A stretch of 64,000 nucleotides of DNA, taken from Chrysemys picta bellii. Its lineage: Eukaryota. Each line of letters begins with the position of its first letter. Positions within the stretch are counted from its first letter, which is position 1. Of the stretch, positions 11,594 to 25,352 are shown in pieces. The position numbers were made by a program, and so were the translations under genes. The stretch lies in the NCBI RefSeq assembly GCF_011386835.1, contig NC_088792.1, positions 233,740,001 through 233,804,000 of the forward strand, in the 5' to 3' direction. Under the pieces are notes generated by a model that saw nothing but the letters and a program-made list of their open reading frames with translations, made no database searches and was not told the DNA's origin.

Positions 11594-11958
11594 GGAAGAT
11601 ATTAATATTGGAAGCCACATCCAATGGATTCACCTCCATGGATCCTTGCAAACTGTGGGAAAAGGAGCCCCCTTCTGTCTGGAGGCACAGCCACCCTGCT
11701 GAGATGACAAGGGCTTCACTGGCCCCCTCAATGCACTGCCAATGGCTGGCCCCTCTAAGCAGGGGGCCCAGATGGAGGAAATACAGATCCGAACTGTACC
11801 ACATCCCACATGGATTTGGGCACAAAAATCCTCAAGCTCGGCAGAGAACTGTGCCACAAAAACCAGCACTTCCACTTTTCTACCCCAAGAACACTCAAAA
11901 TCTCCAGTATAGGAGCATCTGCAGCCAGCAAGAAGGGAATAGGGATGGGGTTGTGGAG
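11594..11958 (+). CDS. Candidate 365-nt exon (phase 1-0) within the 182-aa ORF
   Basis: ATTCTCCCTAG| acceptor and GAG|GTAACT donor around 121 open codons of non-repeat-looking sequence. No homology recognised; could be chance. Confidence 0.22.
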
Positions 11959-12435
11959 GTAACTCGCCTTCCCTTGTGCAGAGAAAAGATTCACGTGCAT
12001 GCATGTGCATGGGTCCATTGGTGACGATTCAGCCCAGGAAACTGAACTTGGCTAAATGACAATGAATGTGGCAGGGCATGATAACTGCATTAAAAAGTCT
12101 GGGCATGTAGGTGAAACTCTCTTTATGAAATAAAAAGTAAAGAATTAATTCTTCCACAGGAATAATTGTACAGTGAATTCAGGGTGTCCAATTAACACAG
12201 CCTCAGAATGTGTATTCAGTTTATTTAATAATTCCATATAGAACACACATGATGTAGTAGAACAGGAGCAGTTATAATGTGTAGGTACTGAGGTTGAAAT
12301 GTTTATCGTTCCTCACAGAAAGAAGCTGAAAAAAAATCAAAGTAAAAAAAAAAAGATTAGTTTATATTCTAGACCAGCATTTAGTATAGCAGCTAAATTA
12401 TACATCAAGGGAAATAATAAAACCCCATTCTTACA

Positions 12436-13159
12436 CAGAGCTGGGTTAAGTTTTTCAGACAAATAGTTTGTTCAAAAAAATGTAGTTTCAGGTCAGCCAT
12501 ATATATTCTTAAATTCAACACAAATTCGCCAAGTAGTCTAGTCTATTTTTTTTCCAAGTTAAAGTCACAAGCGGACATAAGCCTTTGGTCTGGTTGTGAA
12601 TGGGGCCTATAGTCTTGTGGTTGGAGCACCGACCTGGGAGAATTCAAGTTCAAGTTCCCACTCTGCTTGATATGGAGCAAGGATTTAAACTTGGGTGTTT
12701 TCCCATGTTGCAGTTGAATACTTAACCACTTAGCTATAGTATAATCTGGGGTGGGACTCTCTCAACCTCTCCTGTTGAAGCTACTCTAATTTTTCTAAAC
12801 AACTAAATATTCATTGAATCAGGGACTGGAACCAATATATCTCCCTTCTCAGGTGAGTGTTCTACTCAGCAGGCTATAGAATCCCTCTCATTCTCTTTCT
12901 CTGGCCCAATGAATACTTAAGTAGTTATGCAAGTAAGTGCTCTAAATCCGAGGAAGGGGCATTTCCTTTGCTTTTAATAATAAAAGCAGTTGAAATGCCT
13001 GAAATTGAAACAAAATGTTTAATTTGGGTCAAATGAAATGAATTTTGTTTTTTTGCCAAGAAATCGAAGAGAAAAAAAAGTTTGTTTGGGGTTTATCCGA
13101 ATTTTTTTTTTTTTTGGTTTGGCTAGTGAACTGAAAAATGGAGTATTTGCATGAGTCTA
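12436..13159 (+). mobile_element. Degenerate non-autonomous hAT-like element (TAGAGCTGGG family)
   Basis: Ends CAGAGCTGGG...GAGTCTA. A/T-run-rich interior and GTGAACTGAAAAAT subterminal shared with 37018-37428. TSD degenerate. Confidence 0.5.
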
Positions 13160-14828
13160 TTTTTAAGTAAGCTCATAGTTAAGGCTGTGAGAATATGAGG
13201 CAATGAAGTGTAATATACTCCTTTCAAGTCAAACTAAAATTGTATGCTTTAGTTGTCAATTTGTTTAACTGGAGAAGACCACACAATAGGCACTTGTTAG
13301 TAAAAAAAACACATTTTTTACAGTGCCTTCATGTGTTATTACAATCAGTTTCTTATTGTAAACATCTCTTCTACACAGAGAGAAGACAACACTTTTTAAA
13401 CTATCATTCTACAGAGCTATTCATGGTACAAAGCACTCTGCCACTTGCTGCATATTTTATTGTGAAACAATTTTGAAATTGTTCCAATACCCCCAGAAGT
13501 TGCCTGATCTTCTACATTTTTATTAACAAATTGCATATATACAGATAGTTAGACTCATTAATGGCTCACGTGCTAATAAACAACTAATAGTGCTCTGCAG
13601 CCAGCAGTGAGAATTTGTAATTCTCATTAACAGTTCTACCATTTTCAATTGTATAAAAAGTGATAATGCATAGATCTAACAGTCATTAAGAACTTTTTCT
13701 TACTCCTTTAGGATTAATTTGCACTGACCCAGAATTCTGTATTTGCTTAACACAAGCAGTGGGCCACTTTGATGTTATCTGCTTCTATAAACAATAACGT
13801 ACAGTCCTCTCTTGGGCTAAAACAGCTCTTATTCTATGGAGAATTAGCTGTATTAATCATTTTGAAGTCCAAGAGTGCATGATCATAAATTGCATGCAGG
13901 GACCTCACTTAGCAACTCCCAGGACTCTCATTTATCAATAATTTTTTTCCTTCCTGGATGTTTCATATATAGAGAGTAATTTATTTCTGAGCCGGTGTCT
14001 TGTGGTGTCTGTAATGTTGAGGTAAAGTTGGAAAACTTTCGACAACAAATATTTTTCCTTACTGCTTTAGTGTGTAAGGACACAAATTGAGGACCACAGC
14101 TGCAGTTTGATTCCCTCAAGTGGCCAGAATGGAAAACACAGTCCAAAGCTCCAGTAATTTAAAACTAATAGATATGAAATAGATAATAGTCATATAAAAT
14201 GAGGAGAATCAGGTAGTAAATTGCTTAGTTATTAAATGAAAATTAAAAAATAAAGTAATGTAGCATCTTTAAGAAATAATCTGGCTCCTAGATAACTTTT
14301 CTTAAAACTCTTTAAACTAAAATCACTAACCTATAGTTAAGGTCTGATCAAGGCAAAATGAAGCCTTCAGAAAACATTAGTCTGGTTGACATTTTCCTGA
14401 AAAGATCTGTAGAGCATTTTACTCCAAACAAATGATGCCTTTTGTCTTTATCTCACTATACTAGCCTCACCATCTCCAGAGGACAATAGAAATCTGTGAA
14501 ATGTGTAGGGAAGTAAAATGTCGTACTGGAACACAATGGTTATGTGACATATTCATGATGGGGGCTACAAACTGTTATTTTCTATGTAATCAGGAGGAGA
14601 CTTTTCTTCCCAAAAAGGTAGGTCAGAGCTTAAAGATACTGAAGTCCAGGATTCATTTACAAAAACACTTGCAAAGGGTACAGGAAGCAGGAGTAAATGC
14701 AGGGAAAACATTTGAAGTGAATGGATGGAAACCTGCAGCACTAGATGGCTGTCTTTTAGCCATGTGGCACAATTTCTTCAGCTCTGGGGATTTTTCATCA
14801 TATAGAACAAAAGCAAAACAAATACAAT

Positions 14829-14930
14829 GGACCTGATTCTATACGAGCAGTATAAATCTTAAATAACTCCATTATCTTAATGGAGCAACTTCCAGTTTAA
14901 GCCATTATAAGTGGGAGCAGAATTTGGCCC
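14829..14930. repeat. Short palindromic MITE (Chompy-like PIF/Harbinger family), representative copy
   Basis: Ends GGACCTGATTCT / AGAATTTGGCCC. Many similar 90-130 bp copies are scattered through the window. Confidence 0.6.
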
Positions 14931-15659
14931 AGTCTGGGCAGAACCAAACTCACAATCAGAGACATTTCTAAAGCTTGCTAGTTTCATTCTGAGCTTAACT
15001 TGGATTTGGGTATTTCAAAGCTTTCACTGTTTTATTGTAAACATGTGGTTTTAAAATACTGCACTGCTCCAAACTTATCTGCATGTGAGTTTATTTTATA
15101 CTAAGTACTTAAAAAAAATTCTGAACCTTAAATGCCAACAGAAACAACAAAAATATAAATAAATCACTACATTCAGCAAGAAGTTTTAGTTCATGATGAA
15201 ATGGAGACAGTCAAGTTTTAAAAAGTTTGTGCCAGAGTGTAAACTGAAGGCATTAGTAAATTTTTCTATAGACAGCTTTGTCACTACTGCCAAGAGATTC
15301 ACAATGGTTCTCTCTCTCACCCGCCTCCCCTCCTCCCGGGCCCCACTTTCTTTAAAAAAAAAAAAAAAAAAAGGACAGTGGAAAAATTCCCCTCAAGAAA
15401 TTTTGATGTCTGCCATTTGGCATCATTCTCAGCCATTGAGAGCATTTACTGCAGTAAAAGCCAAACACTTCTGTTGGAAAAAAATTCTAATAAGTTAAGC
15501 AATTAGGGGCCAAGTTGCCTCCTCACTCATATTTGTGCAGTACCACTCAACTCAGTAAAGGTGTGTGAGCAAGTGTTGTGGAAAATTCACATACTTTAGA
15601 AGCTGGCCTTACTTTTATCAGGCTGTTAATTAAGAGGCACCGTTGCTTTCAGAATCAGA

Positions 15660-15752
15660 GGGCCAAATTCTCCCATCATTTGCATCTGTACATCCTCACT
15701 GATTTCAACCCTGTGCGTCTGCAGAGATCTACTTGAGGGAAGAATTTGCCCC
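15660..15752. repeat. Short palindromic MITE (Chompy-like)
   Basis: Ends GGGCCAAATTCT / AGAATTTGCCCC. Confidence 0.6.
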
Positions 15753-16522
15753 CATGAGTCTGAAGTAACTTTCCTCTCTGCAATATGTTAAAACTTGCTT
15801 AAATTTAAGGCCAGTTTTGAAAAGTTGTAGAATCTCTACCATATCTGTCATGCATGGGTATTTTAGAAAAAAAATTCGGAGTAATTACCATTACACTGAA
15901 GTTCTGATGCTGTCATCTTTCCTAACATCTAGACTTCATTTCTGATGTAGAAGTTACATCTGACTCTGGCTAAGAAACCATATATAATCATCTCCACTGT
16001 AGAACTATCTGGCTATAAGTTTTAAAAGCAGGGATTCCCAAAAATTGCAATACTGGGGTCTGTATTAGTCACAAGGTCCATATCTGAACTACATATAACT
16101 CTGCAATGATAAATACAAATAACTACAACATTTGCTAGTAACTTTACCCATAGTAAATAATTGGTTTTTAAATACATTTCCTTTCCTTTAAGCCTGCCTT
16201 AGGTGGCTTTTTTAGAAGCCAGTGATAAAATACTAGATGTTTCAGAATACTACCTTCTGCTTTTTGTTTGTTTGCTTTTACTTTTTGTTGTTGCTGGTGC
16301 TGCAGCCTTAAGTTTTAATGGCTAGAAAGCACTCACCCCTGCAGCAACAGCCAGATGCTGGAAACCAGAACGAAGCAGGCAAAATCTCCAGGTAGGGCAA
16401 GGAGGCGAGCGCCAGTAGTTAAAGCAACGTGGTCAGAATCAGAAGTCAGCAAACAGAGCAAGATGGACTAAGTCAGCTAGCAAATAGAATGAAGATCCAC
16501 CTGTCCTATGAAGGGGCAGTAA

Positions 16523-16830
16523 CAGGGTTACTAACAATCATGATTTTATTGAGAGTCACATGATATTTGGTGTTTTTCTTCAAGTCCCAGCTCCTGGAGT
16601 CAGGTGAATACATGAGGAACTCAGATTTTTTTTTTAAAGCATTTTTAGCTTTTATGCTTGAGGACTAAAACTTGAAAATGCAACCCTATTCTAAAGCCTC
16701 AAAAGTCAGAAGGCAAATAAGAAGAACCCCCAAATCTAATTTAAAAAAAAATTCTCTTGAGTTTTAAGCCAATCTTATGATTTCCTGGGGTCTGACTCAT
16801 GATTTCTGAATGCTCAGGGTTGGCACTACT
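16523..16830 (+). mobile_element. Degenerate non-autonomous hAT-like element
   Basis: Ends CAGGGTTACTAAC...GTTGGCACTACT. Its 5' part recurs at about 24475-24545. TSD not clean. Confidence 0.5.
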
Positions 16831-16879
16831 AAGTAAGGGATGTATTGTTACAGTCTGTAAAGAAAAATATGCACCCTGC

Positions 16880-17150
16880 TCATGTAAAATAGTTCAGTGA
16901 TATCAAAGAACCCTTCCATAGTTGAGGGCCCTTCACTGAAAACTCCCTGCCTCTAGAATCTAGCCATTCACATCTAGTCAACAAGACAGACCTCAACTGA
17001 CAAGGCAACATACCAGAAAAGAAGAGTTTTCTCAGGCAGCCAGAACCTAAATTATATAGCATAATATTGAAAATTCCTTGTTCTAACATTAAATCCCATA
17101 GTCATATGGGCCTTGTATCTCCATCTGAGACCTGGAGAACCAGGAAGTTG
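16880..17150 (-). mobile_element. L2 LINE ORF2 C-terminal fragment
   Basis: Minus ORF contains QLRS...RGREFSVKGPQLW, matching the L2 LRS...G.RAFS..GP.LWN motif. Confidence 0.6.
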
Positions 17151-20100
17151 CTTCTCTTTGGGAGACGCTTTTTAAAGAACACAATCTGTATAAGCTCCAA
17201 AATTTAGGAAATGAAAACATTTATTTTAATGTCATATTGAAGCGGTCTGTGATGATTTAACAATGTGTCAGGTAGTACAGATCCTGTGGGGCCCAGAAGG
17301 GATCCTTCACAGTTATGGTTTCCCACCCCTCCATATCGCGTTTCCCTGACAGCAGAAGGAAATGTCTGCATATGGAGCGAGAAGGTCAGATCCAGAGGAG
17401 TTCCCTCAGGAGCTCAAGGGGGAAGAATGGAAGACAGTTGCATCTACTTACCAAAAGCATGTATAAAGCGGCTAGTCTGGTAAAAAAGGTGGCTGCTGCT
17501 GCTAAGAAGAGAAAAGATCCCACCCATTTGAAAGGGTATTTAAAATAGTACGTACTTTAGTTCTGCTTATTTTGGTGTGAACCTGAGTTTGAATGAGCAG
17601 CCCAGAGGCCTGAGGGTCTTTTGAAGAGACTATTTTGTGTTGATTTTCCTGAGATAAACAAGCAAACCTCCTTTTCACAAGAGTTTCTCCTTCTAAAGTA
17701 TCTCCTGTAGATTGAGAGAAGGACTCTTGAGCTGGGTCTTGCCACAAACAGGTTTATTAAACACAAACAAACAAAAACTCAACCAACACCATAACTTGGG
17801 TCTCTTTGAACTGGATGGGTCTGCGCCTGTGCCTTCACAGGAGATCATGGCTGAGAGATCTTGGCAGCCTATGATCAGAGATGTAAATTGAAAGAATTCT
17901 CCCACAAAGCCCACCTATGCTGGTGGGGGAAAAGGCCATGTACTGCTCCCTCAAAGTATTATTCTAACAGGGTAGTGGGTCAGCCCTATCCTCCTTAATA
18001 GTCCTGTCCCAGCGTATATGCAACCTGTCACTCCCTTGAAACTTGATTTTGACAATAGAAGCAAGGCCATGGAATTTCACTGCACAAGGTAAGCTGTGAT
18101 TTGAGGAAGGTCTCACGTGAGAGGTGGGGGGCAGCCAGGTTTTAGCCATACAAGCCAAGTCCAGGATCTCATTTCATCCATGATCCTGGATGGCAACCTT
18201 GCATTAAACAGCAGGAAATGAAGACTCTGCTCCCTCTCTACTCTGCCCACCACAGCAGAGAACCCAAATGAAACTATTTGGCCTGATATAGTTCTCAAAC
18301 TTTAATTTTGCCTTACACATGTGGTATCAGCCACTATTCCTCAAATGAGTGGAGGAAAAAGAATGCACGTAGTATTCTACAGCAGTACACGAGCATGGTG
18401 CTCATCACAGACAATATATAAACATCTTTTTGCTTTGTTTGTGTTGTTTTAAAAAGGTGAGGGGACCAGCTGAGAAATTAAATTGCCACAGATAACCAGA
18501 TCCTGCACCTAACAGGGCTCTGAAGGTGAATTACTAAATAAGTTTACAGACAGTATGCTGTTAAACCGGAGAGTGGCCAGCATTGTGCCCATGGTCTCAA
18601 TAGACTGGACTGACACATGGCTGGGTGTACAATATATTGTTATAGGCAAGATTTTTTTTTTTAAAGAAATCTGGAATAATGAGTTTCAAGATTTTTTAAA
18701 AAGGGAGATGATGTGTAACTTGCTTAAGGTGGCCATTTCCTTTTTATCAATGAATTAGGGGAGGACACATACCCTACTTACTCACACTAGCTCTCTGAAC
18801 TGTGAAGAGGTAACAGGAATATACATTCTGTTGTAATGAAGATATAAGGTCAAATTCTGCCCTCACAGAGATGTGACTGCATTGAATATAACGGGGTAAC
18901 ATGGGTATGAAGGTAGCCCATAAGTTTGTCTTACTGACTGTAGCTGGGGGGGGCTCAATCACCAGCCTGGGGGAAAGGGGAGGGAAATCAGCCAGATCAG
19001 TTCATAGCCCTTGCCTCAGGGCTCTGTTATGGTCCAACACAAAAATAGGAAATGTGGAATGACTAGATTGTGGGGCCCTCAGAACCTTAATAGGCAGCTG
19101 AGGGGGGCCTACAGGGCCTCTCATCCCCTCAGAATCCTCTACTACAGTTACTGGAAAGGGTTCTCCCAGAATGTTTCTGGTCCCAGGCTTTTTTATGGAC
19201 CTGGGCCCTCATCTCTATGCCCTAGCTGGTAATCATCAAACCCAATCAGTTGGGTTTTTCCCAGCACCTGCTGGCCAAGTTCCTCTCCAGAACAGGGCTA
19301 GCTGCTTCTTGCCCCTGCTTCTCTCCCCAGTGCTTAAGGGCCAAGAGTACCCTGTTACACCAATCAGTGCTGCAACTCCCAATGGTGTGTGTAGCACATT
19401 CTGACTTTTGATAAAAAGTTGCTTTTTAGAACTGCTGACTTTTGGAAACCATTCAACATAAAAAAGAGACAGCGAAAAACTGAAATGTCCAATGAGCCTG
19501 CAAAGTTGTGAGGACACAGGTGGGTAGATGGATTTTGGAAGTTTGTATCAAGAAGAGCAGCTTCCCCATTTCACTTCATTACAAATAATTAAAAAAAACC
19601 CAACAAGTCCCTTATGCTGAAAGCACAGGTGACAAAGGCCAGCAGTGGCAGCTGGAATGGTACAGATGGTGTTTCAACTCAAGACTGAGCAGCCATGGTT
19701 TATTTGATATCCAAATGTAACAAAGGATAAGGCTGTCCTGAACCTTGGTCCAACAGAAAGGTTAACGTTTCCCACAGCCAGAGCCTGAGACAATGCAAAG
19801 GAAATGCTTCTTGTAGCCAGAAGCTTTAAAAAGCGAAGGAAAAATACCTCTTACAACAAGAGAGTCTTTTCTTTTCAAGTCTTTTTCCTTGGAGTTGAGC
19901 CTATTTTTCATACTAGACAGGACCCAAACAAAAAACTTTATCTGACAAATTTAGCTGCTTGAAGAATACCTATGAGCAGATTGCAATTTCCAGAGCATTC
20001 ATATTTTGAAAGTATTTTACCATTTTTCATTTATTTAGCATTTTTTCTTACTTGTATGGCTTGATGGTGAACATTTCTCTCTGAGTATTTGATACCCAAC

Positions 20101-23100
20101 CTGTGTTGGTTAGCTGTGATTAGGTAAGTCATGTGGCCTTTTTTTCTGTTTCCTAACTGGACATACTGCAAGCATTTATTGTGAAAATCCCATTTAGTCA
20201 CTTGTGCATGTGAGTAAAATTCATTCACCCAAAACATTTTTATCTGTAAATCTTGATCACACATGTGCTCCCAGAAAGTGCCTGAAAATGAGGTGTGAAC
20301 ATTTAATTTAAAAATTAAAGTGACTCTTCAGTTTTGGGTGGTTTTTTTGTAGGCAGCCATGAACAGTGTCCAGCATAACACCACCTCCAGCTCAGCTATG
20401 CTCCCAAAAGAGTTTACGATGTTGACACCCTGAAGGACTTCTCTCCCAGACAAAAAGAAATGAGAATGATGGGAGGAAGTCACAAAGAGCCCCTGGCAGA
20501 ATGGGAGATCATGGTATTGGTGGATAGGGACATTGGGCACACAGAGCCTTTGGCATGGGGGAAAGAATGGGGGACTGGTATGGGAGGAGAGACATGAGAG
20601 CACCAGGAATAGGGGAGAATGGGAGCATGTGGGGAATGAGGGATGTACAGAGGCCTGACATGAGGGAGGGGGTAAGGGCCGTTGAAGGGAGTCCTTGCAA
20701 TAGAAGGAGATCAGACAGTGGCTTGGGAGGCGATGGAGGAATGCAAGGAGCCCCCAGTGTGTGTAATGCCCTCAGCTTGCAAATGTAACAACGTGTGAGA
20801 TCTTCTCATTAATGCCATACTTAGGTCCTGATCCTTCATACCATAAGCATGTGTGCAAAATTAAGCACAGGCATAAATGCTTGCAGGATTGGGGCCTTAC
20901 TATTGAAAATGGAGCCTTTCAGAATTCTAGTCTAGACCCTCTACCTGGACTCAAACACCTTTTGGATGGTATACATCACCATTAATGTCCTCCTGGGAAG
21001 ACAGCAAGTAATCGCTTCCATTTAAGTCATTTCAATTATAATAATAAAAATATCAACTTCTTGGTTCCTGTTCCATCTCTTAAAGATGTGCAATTATATT
21101 CTATCTCTTTATTATTCCTCCTGTAGTTTTAGTTGAAGAAATGATTTGTCCTAAATACTCCTGTTTGATATTAGTGGTAGCATTTATGGCATAGATAGAA
21201 GGGATTATTAATTTGCATTTTTTAAAATATTTTTTTAAATTAATTTGCATTTTTAAAAGTCCAACCAGGCAACCGGATTTAAGCTGTCTATACCTCATTA
21301 CAATCAGTTACCTGCAAGCACAATCAAAGTATATTTTTCATTGAACTTGTTACCATTTAAAAACCAGTTGAAAATATTTTGTTCCTGTTTTCCACCCTGA
21401 GAATGAACGTTGAAGACAATGGTAGTGCCTCTTTTGTTTGTTTTTTTACACAATTGATACAGGTATGGCTAAAAAAGCCTTTTCCCTTTAACCTTTAAAG
21501 ATCTAACATTTTGTTTAGTAGTGATTTAATAGATTCTGCAGCAGAAGGAATGGAATGCCAAAGTCTGTCTCAAAGTACAGATGTTTTGAACATTTTAACA
21601 CACACAGCAATATCTCAGCCATTATCTTTCTGTCATATTTCAGCACATATTCAGAGGGCTCCCAGAACAAAAAAAAAAAAAGCTAGCTACTGGATCAGAT
21701 CTGAGAGAGACATTTGTTCACTTAAAAAAAAAAAGAAGAGTGATTATTTCATTCTCAAACCTTGGGAAACTTCCCATTTTAAGTGGCTGTTTAATGTTGA
21801 ACACATCTTTGATATTCTTACTTGCCTTGGCAACGATTCCAAAAGGTCACCTGTGGATATTGTTTTTCATGGTGTTAAATAGACTGTAATGGTCTCATTA
21901 TTTCTCCAGCAGGACAAGTGAAAGTCCCATTGGTCTTCTTGCTGTCTCATAAATAATTAACAGGCTGTTTTAACTGGGTATAACCTTTGTACAGAGTGGT
22001 TGAACTTCATTGCACAGCAGAAGTAAAGGAGATTCAGAAAAATACCATCCATCATTGATGGTACTAAAACATTCAGGTAATCTAGGAAGAGTAATTGATG
22101 ACTAATAATCATCTAAGTAATTAAGCAGTTTTAGTGGCAATATATAGACATGATCTTTTTTATGCAGCTGAATCTTGTTTTTTAGCTTACTCCATTATTC
22201 TGGACCTATGTGTTTACCTTCTTTTCTCTCTGCATTTACTCTACATGAGAACTATAAATGCATCCTCAGCTAACTTTCTCTCAAGTGGCTATTTGAATCA
22301 TTGTGAAATGATGGAGGGTGAAAAAGAAAGATCAAAACTTCTCTTCCTTCTGCCAAGGATGAAAAGTCTCAGCTTTTACTAGCCTCACAAAAAGGGCTCA
22401 GTTCTCCTCCCAGTTACAACAATGTAAATCCAGGGTAATTCCAAATATGGGTATTTGAAATCCAGCCGTGGATCTAAGTGTTGTAACTAGTCTGTATTTT
22501 AATAAATAGTCCAAATTGAAACTCTGGTTTTGAGCACCACCAGCAAGGTTTCCAATATCTGTATCAGAAGGTGAATTTTGTAGGTTGAGCCAATATGTGC
22601 AATAATACTCGTAAAAGCCAACCACCTCCCTCCTGAAAAATGGACAGTTCTCTGGGGTGACTAACCAGTCTTATTCCATGCTAACATTTGAATATCGCCG
22701 ACAGTGTTATAGACAAATATGTAGACAAGACAGATCAAGATTAACTGATGTTTCACAACAATGAAGGGGGGGGGGAGAACAAAAGCACGCTTGCTACAAA
22801 AGGCAAAGGAAAAAAAGTCCTTATGGAAAGAAATGTTGGTTTCTAGCTGGTTTAAAAAAGAGCAGAAGATTAGAAAGCAAAAGACTAGAGATGAGCAATT
22901 TCAGCACCTCAGATCTGAACATCCTCCAACTTTGCAGAAAATCAGATCCAGATCCAAAATCATGGCTTTCTTCATCTTTATATTGGAGCAAACCAAAACC
23001 CGGGTCGGAACATCCCTGAACTTCGGAAAGTTCAGATCTGGATCTAAATTTGGGTCCATCTATTTAAAAAGAAATCCCTCCTCATATCAAAGAACAATAC

Positions 23101-24569
23101 AAAAGATCTTGGCTGTGGTGTTGAGATTGAGAAGTTAATGTATCCTAGATAACTATGCCCTTACCTCTACATATTTAAATCAGCAGAAATTAATTGAGTG
23201 AACCAAAATGTTTCCACGGCAACCACCCCTGTTAGCACCTTTAATTGGCATTTCAGGGAAACAAAAAAATCCTGTATTCAAGTCCTGGCAAATCCATAAA
23301 GGAGGTTTAAATTAAAACTATTCTGCCTTTGAACTGTATTTACATGTAATTTTCAAGTCTGCTCCTATTCTCTCATAGGGCCTTATATGCACCCTACCAC
23401 AGAGAGACAAGAATGTGAGAGGAGTAGGAATGGAAACTGCTCTGCAGTATATACCCTCTTTCTTGGGGACCTGCAGAAGACTTTTCATGGCAACTTTACA
23501 AAGTCAGGAGCCTAAGCTACAGAAGGGAAGGGATATGTTAGGGTGGGAGGCTGGCAGGGACTCAGAGCAGAATCTCTGGGGGACTGTCTACATGGTGCTT
23601 TATTCTACACCAGAGGGATGTTAATGTTAGTTCACCTCAGTGTGTCATGCACAAAAGTGTCCGACGTGGACCCTGCTGGCACACACGAAAAGGTTCTCTC
23701 CTGCAGGTTAAAGCTGTACTGCTTGAAAGTGACAAGCTTTTCTCACCCAGTGGTGTTATTTCTACTAGGAAAAAAAATCAGCAGACATTACTGCTGTTGG
23801 GAGCATCATTAACTTCCATTCCATATCATCAACTGCCTACAAACGCTGCTAGCTCCTGAGAAACCATGATAGCAGAGAGTAGGATAGGCTTGTCATGCTG
23901 AGGCCCTGGGACCTGCAAGTTTAGAGCTTCTTTAACCTACTGATCCATGAGCTTTATGGGGTTTAGAGGCCATACCCCCTGCCCTTTCCACCAGGAAACA
24001 GGCCTTTCTCCCCCATAAAGAGAAACTCATAAAAACCTCAGCTAAAAAAAAAAAAGACCTCACGCAGCAAGGTTCTTGTCATGTCTTTCTGGATGAGAGT
24101 CCCAGTGCCTGTGGGAGCTCTTAATGATTTTATATTAATCATCTTTAAATAATTTGTTTTTGTCTTACCTCTATTTGTTTGTCACATGTTAAAACAAAGA
24201 CACAGAAAAACAGAATTCATGTACAGGTCACTTTATTAAGCACTTTTAGCGTGCTATAGCCATGCACCAAAGAACAAGTTCACCCCCAGTTTCATGCCAC
24301 TAAGTCTCAGTGATGAGGTTCACTCTATCCAGGATATCCATTGGAGGGTGAGAGGGAACATAGAGTGAGGGATCTATTAAGTTATAAACCGCAAGCTGAA
24401 AAAGAAAAATAACTGGAGATGAGTCTTGCTGTTTCTCCCCATAGGCCCCAGTCCCTTACAAATAGTGAGAAGAAGTGTTGACAACTCTTCAGATTTTTAT
24501 CACAAGTCTCATGATATTTGGCATCCTTCTTAAAGTTCCAGATGTTGGGGTTAAGTTATTACAGTATCA

Positions 24570-25352
24570 ATAGTCCTCACTTTCAAGGCTCTTCAGCGAT
24601 CTTCATCTCTCATTCTATATCAAAAGGTTGACTCCTGCCTCTGATCAGTCCATGAGGCTAGCGTCCATTGACCACTTGTTAAATTTTCCAACTAGAACCT
24701 TTTTTCCTTCCCTCATGCCTGTGAAAAGCTCCCCATAAACATCCACCCAACTATGTCATTATCCTCCTTCAAACCTCTGCTTAAAACTCTCCTTTGGCAT
24801 GATGCCTACAAAAAACTTGCCAACAGTTTGGCTGTTGGTGTGCTGAGCCCATAGCCTAGCATGCTGACGAATACTGTCCTATTGTTTCCTTGTACTCCCC
24901 TGTCAGTGTCCATCTGTTGTCTCTTGTCTTATACTTAGGCTTGGTCTACACTAACCCCCCAAATCGAACTAAGGTACGCAACTTCAGCTACGTGAATAAA
25001 GTAGCTGAAGTTCGAAGTACCTTAGTTTGATCTTACCTCGGTCCACACGCGGCAGGCAGGCTCTCCCGTCGACTCCGCGGTACTCCTCTCGCTGAGCTGG
25101 AGTACCGCAGTCGACGGCGAGCACTTCCGGGTTTGACTTATCGCGTCCAGACAAGACGCGATAAGTCGAACCCAGAAGTTTGATTGCCAGCCGCCGAACT
25201 AGCGGCTGGGTATAGACGTACCCTTAGATTGTAAGGTCTTTGGGGCAGCGACTGTCTTTTTGTTCTGTGATTGTACACCACCTAGCCCAATGGGATTCGG
25301 GTCTATGACATGGGCTCCTAGGCACTATATTGCAAATAATAAATAATGAGAA
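24570..25352 (+). mobile_element. L2 LINE 3' end, interrupted by a Harbinger MITE
   Basis: TCCTCCTTCAAACCTCTGCTTAAAACTCTCCTTT...GATGCCTACAAAAAACTTG, then a tail ending ...GGCTCCTAGGCACT...AAATAATAAATAAT. Boundaries approximate. Confidence 0.72.
24938..25223. mobile_element. PIF/Harbinger MITE, CpG-rich (probably young)
   Basis: TTA TSD (24935-24937, 25224-25226). TIRs GGCTTGGTCTACAC / GTATAGACGTACCC. Perfect internal 11-bp and 13-bp inverted repeats. Confidence 0.88.

Noticed and set aside
17457-17710. Two apparent minus-strand exons
   Set aside because: They would need a 54-nt intron (17502-17555), too short for typical vertebrate splicing, and no homology was recognised.
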